Shown: piece by piece, positions 21,352 through 32,153 of the stretch | Layout of the letters: every line of letters begins with the position of its first letter | Numbering within the stretch: position 1 is the stretch's first letter | Assembly (NCBI GenBank): GCA_021806135.1 | Contig: JAJZYB010000007.1 | Span: 217 to 64,216 of the forward strand | Source of the DNA: Thermoplasmata archaeon | GTDB taxonomy: Archaea; Thermoplasmatota; Thermoplasmata; Lutacidiplasmatales; UBA184 | Direction of reading: 5' to 3' | Length of the DNA: 64,000 bases | The notes under the pieces: generated by a model | The model's input: the letters and a program-made list of their open reading frames with translations, nothing else | Database searches by the model: none | Told to the model about the DNA's origin: nothing | Made by a program: the position numbers and the translations under genes

Positions 21352-22353
21352 TCAGACCGGCGGGTTGGGGCCTTCCACGGCCCGGCAGACCCCCACGAGC
21401 CTCTCGTTCGGCGGGATCACCACCCCCGGGCCGAGGATGGAATCCTTGACCGAAGCACCCGGACCGATCTTCACATCGTCCAGGATCACGGAGTTCTCCA
21501 CCCGGGCGTCCCGGTCCAGGTGCACGTTCCGTCCGAGGGTCACGTAACGTCCCACGATGGCCCCCGCCCCGGAGGAACCCGCTCCCACGGCGACGGGGGG
21601 GATGACCTGGGCCCCTTCGAGTCGGCTGGGAGGGGGCAACCGGTCGGTCCTGGGGTGGTCGAAGAGGAGCGCCTGGGCGTTGAGCAGCCGCGCCGGGGTG
21701 CCCGCATCCTCCCACCAGGCACGGTAGCGCATCCCGAGGACCTTCCGGGGCAGCAGGCCGGGGAGGACCTCCTTCTCCAAGCTGACGGCGACCCCCGCCG
21801 GGATGGCCTCGAGCATCTCCCGATGCCAGAGGGAGACCCCGGCATTGATCCACCGGCTGGGGGCGGATTCCCGGGGGGGTTTCTCCACGAACTCGACGAT
21901 CCGTCCGGAGGGATCGAAGCGGGCCACCCCGTACGGCGAGGGGTCCTCCACCTCGACGAACCCCATGATCCCGAGCCCGCCCTCGGTCCCGAGGGTCTGG
22001 GAGAGGGGCTCCAGGTCAAAGCCGGCGATCACGTCCCCGTTCAGGAGGTAGAACGGGTCGGTGGCCTCGAGGGCCACGTTCTTGAGCCCGCCCCCCGTGC
22101 CCAGCGGCGTCGTTTCCCGCACCAGCTTCACCGGACGCGGGTACGGGTGGGCTTCCAGGTAGGACTCGAACACCTCCGACTTGTAGCCGCAGGCGAGCAC
22201 GATCCGGTCCACCTCGGGGGGCAGGAGGTCGAGCGCATGATAGAGGATCGGTCTTCCGGCGACCGGGATGAGCTGCTTGGGGACGCTGTAGGTCACCGGC
22301 CGAAGACGGGTCCCGAACCCTCCCACCAGCACCACCCCGGTGACCCCGCTCAT
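21352..22353 (-). CDS. sugar-1-phosphate nucleotidyltransferase (mannose/heptose-1-phosphate guanylyltransferase-like) with C-terminal left-handed beta-helix
   Basis: N-terminal VLVGGFGTRLRPVTYSVPKQLIPVAG NTP-transferase motif; C-terminal hexapeptide repeats. Start at CAT 22351-22353 within a longer ORF. Confidence 0.85.
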   Translation of the reverse strand: MSGVTGVVLVGGFGTRLRPVTYSVPKQLIPVAGRPILYHALDLLPPEVDRIVLACGYKSEVFESYLEAHPYPRPVKLVRETTPLGTGGGLKNVALEATDPFYLLNGDVIAGFDLEPLSQTLGTEGGLGIMGFVEVEDPSPYGVARFDPSGRIVEFVEKPPRESAPSRWINAGVSLWHREMLEAIPAGVAVSLEKEVLPGLLPRKVLGMRYRAWWEDAGTPARLLNAQALLFDHPRTDRLPPPSRLEGAQVIPPVAVGAGSSGAGAIVGRYVTLGRNVHLDRDARVENSVILDDVKIGPGASVKDSILGPGVVIPPNERLVGVCRAVEGPNPPV

Positions 22354-22466
22354 GATCGGATTCGCTCCTCCGGCCGGAGGAGGCGCTGGGCCTCTTGACC
22401 CTTCACCGAGGGAGGGCTGGGGCTCCACAGCCATCCTTAAGAATCGGCCGACACCTCGCGGGGAAC

Positions 22467-22799
22467 ATGAGCGAAAGGTCCGCCGGTCATCCCCGGGGCG
22501 ATGCCGGGCACCCGGGCTCCAGCCTGAAGGGTTCGGCCATCCCGGTGGGCTGCGGCATGGAGGGGTGCCACGAGACGACCCAACTGCGCTTCGTCGGCCC
22601 CTCCCCTTTCGAGGCCTTCCGCTTCGACGAGGAGGGATGGACCGTCGTCGAGGACATGGACGATGGGCGGACGGTCTTCCTCTGCCCCGCCTGCACCGAG
22701 GCGTTCGAAGAGGAGATGGAGGAGGAGGATGAGGAGGAGGACGAGGACGAAGAGGACGAGGAGGCGGAACTGGAAGGTCCCGCCGGGAAGGGCCCCTAA
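22467..22799 (+). CDS. small zinc-ribbon protein with poly-acidic C-terminal tail
   Basis: CGMEGC...FLCPAC Cys4 pattern followed by EEEMEEEDEEEDEDEEDEE. It sits in an otherwise 500-bp divergent gap. Confidence 0.35.
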   Translation: MSERSAGHPRGDAGHPGSSLKGSAIPVGCGMEGCHETTQLRFVGPSPFEAFRFDEEGWTVVEDMDDGRTVFLCPACTEAFEEEMEEEDEEEDEDEEDEEAELEGPAGKGP

Positions 22800-22880
22800 C
22801 CTTTCCCCGTCCGGACGGGTCCCCTTCCTCTCCTTCCCGGCATCCCCCCGCTCCGCTGTCCCCTTCGGGAGCACGGCGCC

Positions 22881-23687
22881 GTGCTGATCTCCCCGGAGCT
22901 GAGGCCCCTGCTCCTGCGGGAGGCCCGGGCCCTGCCCCTGCTCTTTGGAGGCTACGCCGTGGAGTGGCCGGGCGGCACCCTCGTGGTGAACGAGCGGGTG
23001 CCGGCAAGCCGCTTCAACTTCGTCCAGGACGTGCGTCTCGGTCCGGGGCGGATCCTCGCCTTCGTGGAGAAGGCGCTGGAGCACTATTACCAACGCGCCC
23101 TGCGGCCCACCTTCGAGCTTCCGCACGACCTGCCGCAGCCCGGGACGGTCCGGGCCCTGGCCGAGGCCGGCTACGCCTCCCTGGGGACGGATCGGTCCCG
23201 GGAGGTCCTGCTCCGGGAGGAGGGAGAGCTCCCGCCACCGGACCTGCGCTACCGGGTCGGCCCCGTGTCGGAGGAGGACCAGCGCACCTTCCTCGGCTTT
23301 TTCGCAGAACCCCGCCACCAGATGGAACTGAACCGGTATCTCGAGGAGGACGTCTCCCACCCCCATCCGGGGGAGCGGACGGTCCCGTACCTGGCCTGGC
23401 GGGGGGACGACCCGGTGGCCGTGGCCCTCTTCCACGAGGAAGGCCCGGTGCGGGGGATCCACGCCGTGGCCACCGAGCCCCGGTACCGGGGTCAGGGGGC
23501 GGCCTCGGGGCTCGTCACCGAGATCCTCCGGACGGAATCCCGTCCCCCCGCCCGTCGATGGGTCCTGGTCCGCGAGGGGCCCGGCGTTCCGGAACCCCTC
23601 CGCCCGCTGGGCTTCAACAGCGCCCTTTCGTTCGAGACCTACGGGCTTGCGGCCCACCCCCACCCTCCGGAGAGGGCTCCGGGATGA
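22881..23687 (+). CDS. GNAT family acetyltransferase
   Basis: C-terminal GIHAVATEPRYRGQGAASGLV acetyl-CoA binding motif. Confidence 0.65.
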   Translation: MLISPELRPLLLREARALPLLFGGYAVEWPGGTLVVNERVPASRFNFVQDVRLGPGRILAFVEKALEHYYQRALRPTFELPHDLPQPGTVRALAEAGYASLGTDRSREVLLREEGELPPPDLRYRVGPVSEEDQRTFLGFFAEPRHQMELNRYLEEDVSHPHPGERTVPYLAWRGDDPVAVALFHEEGPVRGIHAVATEPRYRGQGAASGLVTEILRTESRPPARRWVLVREGPGVPEPLRPLGFNSALSFETYGLAAHPHPPERAPG

Positions 23688-23707
23688 AAGGGGGCCTTCC
23701 CCGAGCT

Positions 23708-24919
23708 TCAGGGCAGTGGCACGGGGCGGTCCCGGCCGGTGGGGGTCTTGGACCAGCCGAAGAAGTGCACGTAGAGGAAGATGTTCCCGAAGACGGCGGC
23801 GGCGTAACCGAGGAAAGGGACGGAGAGGGCCAGATTGTCCACCGCCCAGCCGGAGAAGGCGGTGGCTCCTCCGGCCGAAGCGACCCGGGTGGCCTGATTG
23901 GCGCCGCTTCCCTCCGCCCGGTCCTCCGGCGGGAGCATGCCCATCATGGCCGAGGTCTGGGTGGGGAGGGCCACCACCCGAAGGGCGGGGAGCGCCAGGT
24001 AGATGGCCACCGAGACCGGGAAGATCCGCAGGAAGGGGAGCAGGACCGCGAGGACCGCTCCGGTCCCCCGGGTGTACGAAAGGCTCGGGACGAACCCCCA
24101 ATGTCGTTCCAAGAGCGGTGAGAAGAGCAGGGCCACCGTGGCCGAGACCCCGCTCGCGGCCGCGTAGAGGGACATCTCCCCTGCCGGCAGATGGTAGACT
24201 AAGACGAAGAAGGGCACCAGGAACGGGGTGATGAGCCCCTGGGAGACCCCGTTGAGGATCCCCGTGGCGCTGAACTTCCGGATGACCCGACGGGAGCCGG
24301 TGGTGGGGCGGTGGCCCCGGCGGATCTGTCGGATCTCCACCGGGATGGTGATGCCCAGGGCCGCCACCGAGAGCACCAGGCCCAGAGGGAAGAGCCGTCC
24401 GAGCGGCACCACCGCGACCAGGAGGGCACCCAACGCCGAGCTCAGACCGTTCACGAAGGCGAGGATGCTCAGCCACCGGGTCCGTTCCAGGGGGGGGACC
24501 AGATCCGCCACCAGGGCGGTCTGGAAGGGCTGGACGGCGCCCCCCACCCCGCCGCCGGCGAGCGATCCGGTCGCGCTGAAGCCCCCCAGGGCGGCGCCGA
24601 GCGCGACCAGAACGAAGCTCCCGGGGAAGGAGAGGAGGAGGCAGGAGACGGGGAGGAGGGAGAGGGCGAGGAAGTACCCCCACCGCTGGTGGTAGCGGCT
24701 CCCGAAGCGCCCCAGGCTGAAGGCGAGCAGAGCGGTGGAGAACCCCCCGCCGGCGTAGAGGAGCCCCAGGACGGTGACGCTCTCATGGAGCTGGGTGAGG
24801 ATGAGGTAGGGAAACGCGAGGTTGAGGAAGCCGGCGGCCAGGCTACGGATGACCCGGCTCGTGGTGAGGAGCGCGAGCGAGCGTTTCCACCGGGGGAAGG
24901 GGGAGACGGTGGGGTCCAA
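23708..24919 (-). CDS. MFS transporter
   Basis: Twelve predicted TM helices. No in-frame ATG near the N-terminus, so the start is tentatively TTG at 24919. The 5' part of the longer ORF 23708..25819 is another frame's artefact. Confidence 0.65.
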   Translation of the reverse strand: MDPTVSPFPRWKRSLALLTTSRVIRSLAAGFLNLAFPYLILTQLHESVTVLGLLYAGGGFSTALLAFSLGRFGSRYHQRWGYFLALSLLPVSCLLLSFPGSFVLVALGAALGGFSATGSLAGGGVGGAVQPFQTALVADLVPPLERTRWLSILAFVNGLSSALGALLVAVVPLGRLFPLGLVLSVAALGITIPVEIRQIRRGHRPTTGSRRVIRKFSATGILNGVSQGLITPFLVPFFVLVYHLPAGEMSLYAAASGVSATVALLFSPLLERHWGFVPSLSYTRGTGAVLAVLLPFLRIFPVSVAIYLALPALRVVALPTQTSAMMGMLPPEDRAEGSGANQATRVASAGGATAFSGWAVDNLALSVPFLGYAAAVFGNIFLYVHFFGWSKTPTGRDRPVPLP

Positions 24920-25061
24920 GAGGGTCTCTGGAAGGCCCGGGGGTCTCTCGGGGTCCGTGGTGGTCGTTCGCTCACCTCCTAGGTCCGTCCACCGGATGGG
25001 GGGGCCCGTGGAGCGGCCGGTCGACCAGAAGCCGCTCCCCTTAAGACCCGGCGGACCGGGC

Positions 25062-25811
25062 TCAGAAGGAGAACCACGGCAGGCGGGCGGCCGGGGACTG
25101 GGGCTGGGCGATGAGCTCGTGGAGCGAGCCCCCCTGGTCGCCCGGGGCGTAGCCGTGCCGCTGGGCCAGCTGGTAGAGCAGGAAGAGGGCGTCCTCTGTG
25201 CTCTCCACCCCGAGCGAGCCCTCCAGGTCCACCAGGAGGGTCCCCTTGAGCTCCCGGACCATCCCCGGCAGGTCCACGGTGAATCCCTCCTCCCCGCCTT
25301 CTGCCTTGGAGCGCTGGGCCAGGCCGAGGAGGGTCCCCGTGGCGAGGGTGAGCAGTTCCGGGCCGCTGACCCGGTGGCGTTCCCAGCGCCAGTGGGTCCG
25401 AGGGTCGACCGGGGAGCCCGGAGACCGGACCAGGATCCGGACGAAGAAGCGGGCGAACGGGTCGGGCCGGGCGGAGCCCTGGGTGAGCCCTTCCACCACC
25501 CGTCGTGCGTCCTCGTCCCCGTCCACGACCAGGATCGAACCCCAGGGCGGGGAGGCCTGGGCGGACCGGAGGCCCCGGGACCAGCGGGCGAGGAGGGCGG
25601 AAGGGCCCTCCGGGGGAGCGGCCCGGTCCTTGAGGGAGGAGAAGACCGGGAGGGGCCGCCCGGGAAAGCCGGGGGTACGGACCCAGAAGTCCGCCTCCGG
25701 GACGGGGCGACCGGCACGGGGGGAATCGGGGCGGTATCCCATCCCCTCCAGCACGCGTTGGACCCCGGGCCGCTCGCTCGGGGCAGGGTTCGCGGGGGGG
25801 TTCCTGGGCAT
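25062..25811 (-). CDS. hypothetical protein (last gene after ctaB in the respiratory operon)
   Basis: Long ORF with no recognisable motif. Its position suggests an assembly or accessory factor. Confidence 0.4.
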   Translation of the reverse strand: MPRNPPANPAPSERPGVQRVLEGMGYRPDSPRAGRPVPEADFWVRTPGFPGRPLPVFSSLKDRAAPPEGPSALLARWSRGLRSAQASPPWGSILVVDGDEDARRVVEGLTQGSARPDPFARFFVRILVRSPGSPVDPRTHWRWERHRVSGPELLTLATGTLLGLAQRSKAEGGEEGFTVDLPGMVRELKGTLLVDLEGSLGVESTEDALFLLYQLAQRHGYAPGDQGGSLHELIAQPQSPAARLPWFSF

Positions 25812-25882
25812 GCGGCCACGGAGCGCGTCCGGGGTTTAAGGTTCCGGGGAACCCCGGGGTAGCGGGAGGGGAGCGAGGGTGT

Positions 25883-26860
25883 TCAGCGGAAGGGCAGGCG
25901 GTAGGCGAGCCAGTTCACGACCATGGCGAGGGCCACCCCGGTCAGGTAGAGCCCCGAGAAGATGAAACTGCGGAGCGCGACCGGTCGCTCCACGCTCCGC
26001 AGGAGCCCCGCCAGGAGGTAGGTGAACCAGAACCCCAGCGCCAGGGCGAGGGCCAGGAAGACCGCGTAGTCCCGCAGCAGGAATCCGAAGGCCACCGTGG
26101 GCAGGAGGAGGAGGGCCCCGGAGTAGAAGGTGATCCGGCCGGAGCGCAGCAGTTCCCCCGGGGCGGGGAGCATGGGGAGCTGGGCGCGCTCGTAGTCGTC
26201 CTTGAGGGCGAGGGCCAGGGACCAGAAGTGCGGCGGGGTCCAGAGGAAGACCAAGACCGCAAGGAGGATGCCCGCCGGGTTGAACGATCCCACGGCGGCC
26301 GCGCAGCCGGCGAGGACCGGCGCGCTCCCCGCGTATCCGCCGATGACGATGTTCCAGCGTGTCCGGCGCTTCAGCCAGATGGTGTAGACCCCCACGTAGA
26401 CGAGGGTGCCCGAGGCCAGGGCGAGGAAGGAGAGCAGCGGGAGCCACCAGGCGGCGAGGCCCCATCCCAGGGCGGTGATGCCCAGTCCGAAGGAGAGGAC
26501 CTCCCGGGCCGAGAGCCGGTCGGAGGGGAGCGGCCGGAACCGGGTCCGGCGCATGAGGACATCCAGGTCCCGGTCATACCAGTGGTTGAGCGCGGCGGCC
26601 CCGGCGGAGGCGAGGGCGCCGGCGACCAAGAGTTCCGCCAGGCGAAGCCAATCGGCCGGGTAGGTGGGGTCCCCGGCGAAGAACCCCGCCACGGCCATGA
26701 GCAGGATGAGCCCGGTGATCCCGGGCTTGGTGAGGGCGAGGTAGGCCGAAGCGCGGGAGGGCACCTTCCTCTCCGGTCCCTCTGCCCGGGGCTCCGGGGG
26801 CCGCTCGATCGGGCGGTCCGGCCGGCCCGGCTCAGGGACCGGTGGCGCGGATGGCATCAT
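25883..26860 (-). CDS. ctaB: protoheme IX farnesyltransferase (heme O synthase)
   Basis: UbiA-family pattern with NHWYDRDLDVLMRRTRFRPLP and 7-9 TM helices. Confidence 0.9.
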   Translation of the reverse strand: MMPSAPPVPEPGRPDRPIERPPEPRAEGPERKVPSRASAYLALTKPGITGLILLMAVAGFFAGDPTYPADWLRLAELLVAGALASAGAAALNHWYDRDLDVLMRRTRFRPLPSDRLSAREVLSFGLGITALGWGLAAWWLPLLSFLALASGTLVYVGVYTIWLKRRTRWNIVIGGYAGSAPVLAGCAAAVGSFNPAGILLAVLVFLWTPPHFWSLALALKDDYERAQLPMLPAPGELLRSGRITFYSGALLLLPTVAFGFLLRDYAVFLALALALGFWFTYLLAGLLRSVERPVALRSFIFSGLYLTGVALAMVVNWLAYRLPFR

Positions 26861-27374
26861 CCTCCCCGAAGAGGCTCACGCGCCAGCGGGGGGGAAGGTG
26901 GGGGTAGTTCACCAGGAGGGCCACCACCAGGATCACGGCGAAGAGGAGGACGGCCACGGCGAGGTGGAGGATCACCACGATCGGGTCCGCCTGGGTGAAG
27001 ATGATGACGCCGCCGAGGGCCGCCTGGAGGACCACCAGCCCCAGGGAGAGCGCTCCGAGGCGCCGGACCACCCGGCGACCCGGTTCGTAGGCCAGCACCA
27101 GGGCCAGCAGGGTGAGGATGAGGGCGGAGAGGGTGAGCGCGGCCAGCCGGTGGGAGAACTCGGCCACGACCTCGCTGGTCAGGGTGACCGGGAGAAGCCC
27201 GGTGCCGTTGCAGGTGGGCCAGCTCGGGCAGGCCAGGCTCGCGTTCGACGCGGTCACGTCGGCCCCGATGACGATGGTCACGTAGGTCCAGAGGGCCGTG
27301 ATGACGGAGACGATGCGTACCCACCGGTGGCCCCGGGGATGGGGGACGTGGGGAGTGGGGGCGCTCTCGGTCAT
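26832..27374 (-). CDS. heme A synthase-like protein (short archaeal CtaA type)
   Basis: CPSWPTC Cys pair in the first extracytoplasmic loop, four TM helices. Start at CAT 27372-27374 within ORF 26832..27881; it overlaps the coxI stop. Confidence 0.65.
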   Translation of the reverse strand: MTESAPTPHVPHPRGHRWVRIVSVITALWTYVTIVIGADVTASNASLACPSWPTCNGTGLLPVTLTSEVVAEFSHRLAALTLSALILTLLALVLAYEPGRRVVRRLGALSLGLVVLQAALGGVIIFTQADPIVVILHLAVAVLLFAVILVVALLVNYPHLPPRWRVSLFGEDDAIRATGP

Positions 27375-29626
27375 GCCCACGGGTCCTCCGAGGCCGGGGT
27401 CCCCCGGTAGCGGCTCATCACCATGTTGAAGACGAAGAAGAGCTGGGCGATGCCGAAGATCGCCGCCCCGATGGTGGAGAGCAGGTTCAGCTGGGCGAAG
27501 TTCAGTCCGATGGGGGTGGAGAGGCCCGGGATGTAGGAGTACACCCGTCGGGGCATCCCGCCCATGCCCAGGAAGAACATGGGGAAGAGCAGCATGTTCG
27601 CCCCCACGTAGCTCAGGACGAAGTGCCAGTTGGCGAGCTCCTGGTTGTACCAGCGCTTGGTGACGATGGGGTAGAGGAAGTAGATGCCGGCGAAGGAGGC
27701 CATGAGGGTCCCCCCGAGGAGGGTGTAGTGGAAGTGGGCCACCACGAAGTAGGTGGCGTGGGCCAGGTAGTCGATGGGGATGGACCCGAGCATGACGCCG
27801 GAGAGCCCCCCGATGAGGAACATGGTGAAGAAGGCGATGAGGAACCAGGTGGGGGTCTCCAGCCGGACGGACCCGCCCCACAGGGTCCCCAGCCAGTTGA
27901 ACATCTTCACCCCGGTGGGGACGGCGATGGCCATGGTGGTGAGCATGAAGGTGAACCGGACGTCGGTGGCCTCCCCGGTGGTGAACATGTGGTGCTGCCA
28001 GACCACGAAGCCCAGGATCCCGATGGCGGCGATGGACAGCGCCATGGCGGTGTAGCCGAAGATGTGCCGGCGGACCATCTTCGGGAGGATGGTGGAGACG
28101 ATCCCGAAGGCCGGCAGGATGAGGATGTAGACCTCCGGGTGCCCGAAGAACCAGAAGAGGTTCTGGTACATGAGCGGGCCTCCCAGCGGGGAACCGTTCA
28201 CGGCGTAGGTGAAGTGGGTCCCGAAGTTCCGGTCGGAGAGGATCATGGAGAGGGCCACGGAGAGGGAGGGCATGGCGGCGAGGACCAGGAAGCTGTTGAT
28301 GAAGACCGACCAGACGAAGATGGGCATGTTCCAGTAGGTCACGCCCGGGGCCTTGTGCTTGATGACGGTGACGATGAAGTTCACCGCGCCGAGGATGGAG
28401 GAGACGGAGAGGATGTGGAGTCCCGCGACCCAGAGGTCGATCCCGTGCCCGGGTTCCAGGGTGGCCAGCGGCACGTACCCCGTCCAGCCGGCATTGGCGT
28501 TGGACAGCACCAGGATGATGGCCGCGGGGGGGAGGAGCCAGAAGGCCAGGTTGTTGATCCGGGGCATGGCCATGTCCTTCGACCCGATCATGGTGGGGAG
28601 CAGGTAGTTGCCGAACCCGCTCATCAGCGGCATGATGGCCAGGAAGATCATGATCGTCCCGTGCTCGGTGAAGAGCGTGGAGTACATGTCCGCGGAGATG
28701 CCGATCTGGGAGGCGGCGATCCCCAGGGCCGGGATCCCCAGGTCCGCCCGGATGAGGATGGCGTAGACGCCTCCCACGAAGAACATCAAGAAAGCGAAGA
28801 CGATGTACATCAGTCCGATGTCCTTGTGGTCCGTGGTCACCAGCCAGCGGAGCACGTGGCGGCGGAACCAGTACGGGAGCGGGCGGCTGCGGGCGACCTT
28901 CTGGTAGGCCAGGTCCCGGGACCGGTGGAGCACGTCCAGGACGTGGAAGAGGAGCCCGCCGCCGAGCGCCATGAAGGCGATGGCGAAGCCGAAGGTGCTC
29001 TCCACCCCGGGCGTGGTCAGCGGGGGAAGGGTGAGGATGAAGCCCGCGAGCACCCCTTCGCCGGCGAGGACCAAGACCACTCCGGCGATGTAGTAGTCCA
29101 GTTTACGGCTGATGCCCTCGGGGACCTCCTCGCCGGAGGGGTAGCTCACCACGCCGGCATAGGCGATGAACACCCCCGCCGCGAAGGGGATGAGCCCCAC
29201 CGCCCCCAGGGTGCCCTGGACGGAACCGGTCACCGTGACCTGGATGGGCCCGGTCAACGGGCTCGAGCTGTTCACGTAGAAGTACTGGCCCGGGGCGAGG
29301 TCCATCTGGAATCCGTTCGACTCCCCGGCGAGGACGGCGATCCGTGGGCCCAGGGTGCTGCAGCTCGGGTCGGTGCCGCAGGAGAAGACCTGGATGACGG
29401 AGTTGTTGGTGCTCCCGACCCAGCTGACGTTGTAGACCACGTCCTGGCTCAGGCCGTAGGGGGTGCTGTAGCCCACCACCTGGGAGGGGTTGATCGGTTG
29501 CGGTCCGCTGGAACCGGCAGGGGCTCCGGTGATCACGAAGCTCCACGTGGGGCTGGCCGGCGAGACCACCAGGGCGCCTCCGATGACGAGGAGCACGAGC
29601 CCGAGCACCAACAGACCTCTTCGCAT
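27371..29626 (-). CDS. heme-copper oxidase subunit I with about 230-aa N-terminal extension
   Basis: Core contains the canonical CoxI segments ([30 protein letters not shown]). The N-terminal 230 aa form a signal anchor, a Ser/Thr/Asn-rich extracytoplasmic domain and extra TM helices. Confidence 0.9.
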   Translation of the reverse strand: MRRGLLVLGLVLLVIGGALVVSPASPTWSFVITGAPAGSSGPQPINPSQVVGYSTPYGLSQDVVYNVSWVGSTNNSVIQVFSCGTDPSCSTLGPRIAVLAGESNGFQMDLAPGQYFYVNSSSPLTGPIQVTVTGSVQGTLGAVGLIPFAAGVFIAYAGVVSYPSGEEVPEGISRKLDYYIAGVVLVLAGEGVLAGFILTLPPLTTPGVESTFGFAIAFMALGGGLLFHVLDVLHRSRDLAYQKVARSRPLPYWFRRHVLRWLVTTDHKDIGLMYIVFAFLMFFVGGVYAILIRADLGIPALGIAASQIGISADMYSTLFTEHGTIMIFLAIMPLMSGFGNYLLPTMIGSKDMAMPRINNLAFWLLPPAAIILVLSNANAGWTGYVPLATLEPGHGIDLWVAGLHILSVSSILGAVNFIVTVIKHKAPGVTYWNMPIFVWSVFINSFLVLAAMPSLSVALSMILSDRNFGTHFTYAVNGSPLGGPLMYQNLFWFFGHPEVYILILPAFGIVSTILPKMVRRHIFGYTAMALSIAAIGILGFVVWQHHMFTTGEATDVRFTFMLTTMAIAVPTGVKMFNWLGTLWGGSVRLETPTWFLIAFFTMFLIGGLSGVMLGSIPIDYLAHATYFVVAHFHYTLLGGTLMASFAGIYFLYPIVTKRWYNQELANWHFVLSYVGANMLLFPMFFLGMGGMPRRVYSYIPGLSTPIGLNFAQLNLLSTIGAAIFGIAQLFFVFNMVMSRYRGTPASEDPWA

Positions 29627-29632
29627 GGCTCC

Positions 29633-29908
29633 TCACTCGAACAGCCGGATGCGGCGGGAGAGCGGGTTACGGAGCCGGTCCAACCGGTAGACCACCCCGA
29701 GGGTGAGGTAGAGGAAGAAGACGAAGCCCACGCTGCCGAGGATCCCCAGGGGGAGCATGAGGGCGACGGCGCCTCCCCCCAGGGCGGAGGCGAAGGCCTC
29801 GGCCCCGGCGATCCCCGAGGCCATCCCCGATAGCGCGAGCAGGGTGAGGACGACCCAGATCACCCAGGTGCGGACCCGGGGGGGGTTCGCCGGCCCCTCA
29901 GCTCCCAC
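29633..29908 (-). CDS. small two-TM membrane protein (possible oxidase/bc complex small subunit)
   Basis: 91-aa ORF between the cytochrome b and coxI genes, same strand, with two hydrophobic helices. Confidence 0.4.
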   Translation of the reverse strand: MGAEGPANPPRVRTWVIWVVLTLLALSGMASGIAGAEAFASALGGGAVALMLPLGILGSVGFVFFLYLTLGVVYRLDRLRNPLSRRIRLFE

Positions 29909-31313
29909 GGGCGGACACCTCCTGGGGAGGCGACGCCGTCGGGCGCGGGGCGGGGAGGGAGCCCACCGGTGCGGGGGGGCCTCCCGGGGCGGGGCTCTTC
30001 GCCCGGAGTTCCCGGGCGAGCATCCGCCGGCGGTAGTTGGCCTTGTACAGCGGATAGAGGATCATCAGCGGGATCGCATTCGCGGCCACCAGGATCCCCA
30101 GGTAGCTCCCGTAGATCGTGGCCGGGATCTGCACGCCGGGCATGATGCCGCCCCAGATGGTCATGAGCACGAAGAACGAGACCAGGAAGTTCCCCACGAA
30201 GACCATGACCGGCCGGTCCCGGGGGTGGCGACGCTTGCCCCCGTCGAGCCAGGGCAGGATCTGGACGATCCAGGGGAGGAAGAGGATGAAGAGCAACAGC
30301 GCCGTGACCGAGCCCACCGCGACCACGGGGGTCACGTACTGGAAGTCGGCCATCTTGTAGAGCCAGAGGAAGTACCAGTCCGGCTCGGGGGAGGCGGCCC
30401 CCGCGGTGGAGCCGTAGTAGACGGGGAGCTGCCAGGGCCAGGCCGCGGCGATGAGGAAGAGGAGCCCCACGTAGAAGAGGGCCCACTTGGTCATGTAGAA
30501 GAAGACCCGGGGGAAGAAGCGTCCGAGCTTCCGGTCGTCGTGCTCGGTGAACTTGTTCTTCGCCCGGGGGTCGCTGGTGGCCCGGGGGGCGATCCCGTGG
30601 CTCTCGAAGAGGGAGAGGTGCGCGTAGAGCAGCCCGGCCAGGGCGAGGGGGATCACCACCACGTGGAGGGCGAACATCCGGGAGAGGAGGCCCTGGGTGG
30701 TCCCGTCGGAGATGAGGAGCCGGGCGGCGAGCGGCCCCAAGGTGGGGACGGAGAGGGTGAGGGAGATCCCCACGTCGGTGGCCCCCACGCTGAGCGCGGT
30801 GAAGGGGAGCAGGTAGCCGGTGAACCCCATGCCCAGCATGGTCACCAGGAGTAGGGTCCCGACCATCCAGGAGAGTTCGCGGGGGGGCTTGTACACCCCC
30901 GTGTAGAACCCCCGGAAGAAGTGGACGAAGGCCAGGAAGATGGTGGCGTACGCCCCGTAGAGGTGCGAGGAGAGCAAGAGCCAGCCCATGGGGACGCTGG
31001 TGATGATGTAGTTGGTGGAGGCCCAGGCCTCGGGAGTCCCCCCGGGCCCGGTGAGCGCGGCGGAGGGGATGTAGTAGAGCAAGAGGAGCAGTCCCGTGAC
31101 CACCTGGACCAGGAAGGCCGTGGCCACGAAGGCGCCGGTCCAGTACGAGGCGTTGAAACTGAAGGCGGGCTGCGGACGAAGCGCCCAGGTCTTCACCCCG
31201 GCCCGGTCCTCCACGAAGTCCCAGATCCGGTCCAGGGAGCGGTTCATGGGGGAGCGCCAGGGTGGGGGTGCGCTGCCCGGGGGGGGGGGAGGTCCGGAGG
31301 GTTCGTTCGCCAT
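29898..31313 (-). CDS. cytochrome b (bc-complex cytochrome b/b6-like)
   Basis: Multi-TM protein with cytochrome b N-terminal domain heme-ligand His positions and a GYLLPF-type segment. Confidence 0.85.
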   Translation of the reverse strand: MANEPSGPPPPPGSAPPPWRSPMNRSLDRIWDFVEDRAGVKTWALRPQPAFSFNASYWTGAFVATAFLVQVVTGLLLLLYYIPSAALTGPGGTPEAWASTNYIITSVPMGWLLLSSHLYGAYATIFLAFVHFFRGFYTGVYKPPRELSWMVGTLLLVTMLGMGFTGYLLPFTALSVGATDVGISLTLSVPTLGPLAARLLISDGTTQGLLSRMFALHVVVIPLALAGLLYAHLSLFESHGIAPRATSDPRAKNKFTEHDDRKLGRFFPRVFFYMTKWALFYVGLLFLIAAAWPWQLPVYYGSTAGAASPEPDWYFLWLYKMADFQYVTPVVAVGSVTALLLFILFLPWIVQILPWLDGGKRRHPRDRPVMVFVGNFLVSFFVLMTIWGGIMPGVQIPATIYGSYLGILVAANAIPLMILYPLYKANYRRRMLARELRAKSPAPGGPPAPVGSLPAPRPTASPPQEVSARGS

Positions 31314-31331
31314 CCTGTTCTTTGCGCCTCC

Positions 31332-32153
31332 CTACGCGGGGCACTGCTGGTTGGACGGCGTGAGGTTCGAGGCCTGGGAGCGCCCGGAGACGCCGGTCCC
31401 GCCGGTGAGGCTCGTGAAATGGTCCTTCACGGGGGGGCCGATCATGCTGTAGGCGTAGATGTTCCCTTGCGCGTCGGTCTTGAGCAGGGTCTGGGGGATG
31501 GGGAGGACCGTGGGGCCGGTGAGGATGGCGGCCCCACCCCCGTCCGAGGTCTGGGAGACGAACGGGTCGTAGGTGGACCCGTGGCAGATGCAGTGGATGA
31601 TGGCCCGCCCGTTGTTGAAGTTGCCGCACTTTCCCGCCGGGTAATAGGAGATGAACGGGGGGACACAGCCCAGGTGCTGGCAGATGGCGCTGTAGGAGAC
31701 CACCCCGTTGTTCGGTCCGATCCCGTTCGGGGCGGGGGACCCCAGGTAGAGCAGGAAGTTCGGCTCGTTGGTGAGCGGATAGTTGTAGAGGGTCAGTTCG
31801 TTGGAGTCCGGGTTGATGTGGCTCGCCACGTTGTCCACCGTGACCGCCGACCCGTCGCTGTAGAAGAGCTGGACCGTGGGGTAGCTCGCGAGCCCCTTGA
31901 GCGGGGGCTGGGCGTACTGCAGGGCCCCGGCGACGGCACCCCCGCCGGCCACGGCGGCGAGCCCTCCGATGGCCATGAGCTTCAGGATGTTCCGTTTGGC
32001 CTCGTCGACCTGTCCCTGGGTCTTCGGGTTGTTGAGGTCCGCCGGGGCCACGTGCCGGACCACCCCGGGGGGGGTCCGGTCGAAAAGGGCCAAAAAGTCG
32101 GCGAGCCGCTGGTCGTAGGCCTCCTCGCTGAAGTACGACGGTGCTCCGTTCAT
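31332..32153 (-). CDS. Rieske [2Fe-2S] protein
   Basis: Box I CQHLGC and box II CICHGS. N-terminal KRNILKLMAIGGLAAVAG resembles a KR-variant twin-arginine signal anchor. Start at CAT 32151-32153. Confidence 0.85.
   Translation of the reverse strand: MNGAPSYFSEEAYDQRLADFLALFDRTPPGVVRHVAPADLNNPKTQGQVDEAKRNILKLMAIGGLAAVAGGGAVAGALQYAQPPLKGLASYPTVQLFYSDGSAVTVDNVASHINPDSNELTLYNYPLTNEPNFLLYLGSPAPNGIGPNNGVVSYSAICQHLGCVPPFISYYPAGKCGNFNNGRAIIHCICHGSTYDPFVSQTSDGGGAAILTGPTVLPIPQTLLKTDAQGNIYAYSMIGPPVKDHFTSLTGGTGVSGRSQASNLTPSNQQCPA

Noticed and set aside
27623-29833. 736-aa plus-strand ORF antisense to coxI, rich in Gly/Asp/Glu/His
   Set aside because: Mirror-frame artefact of the CoxI gene, whose frame has the heme-copper oxidase signatures.
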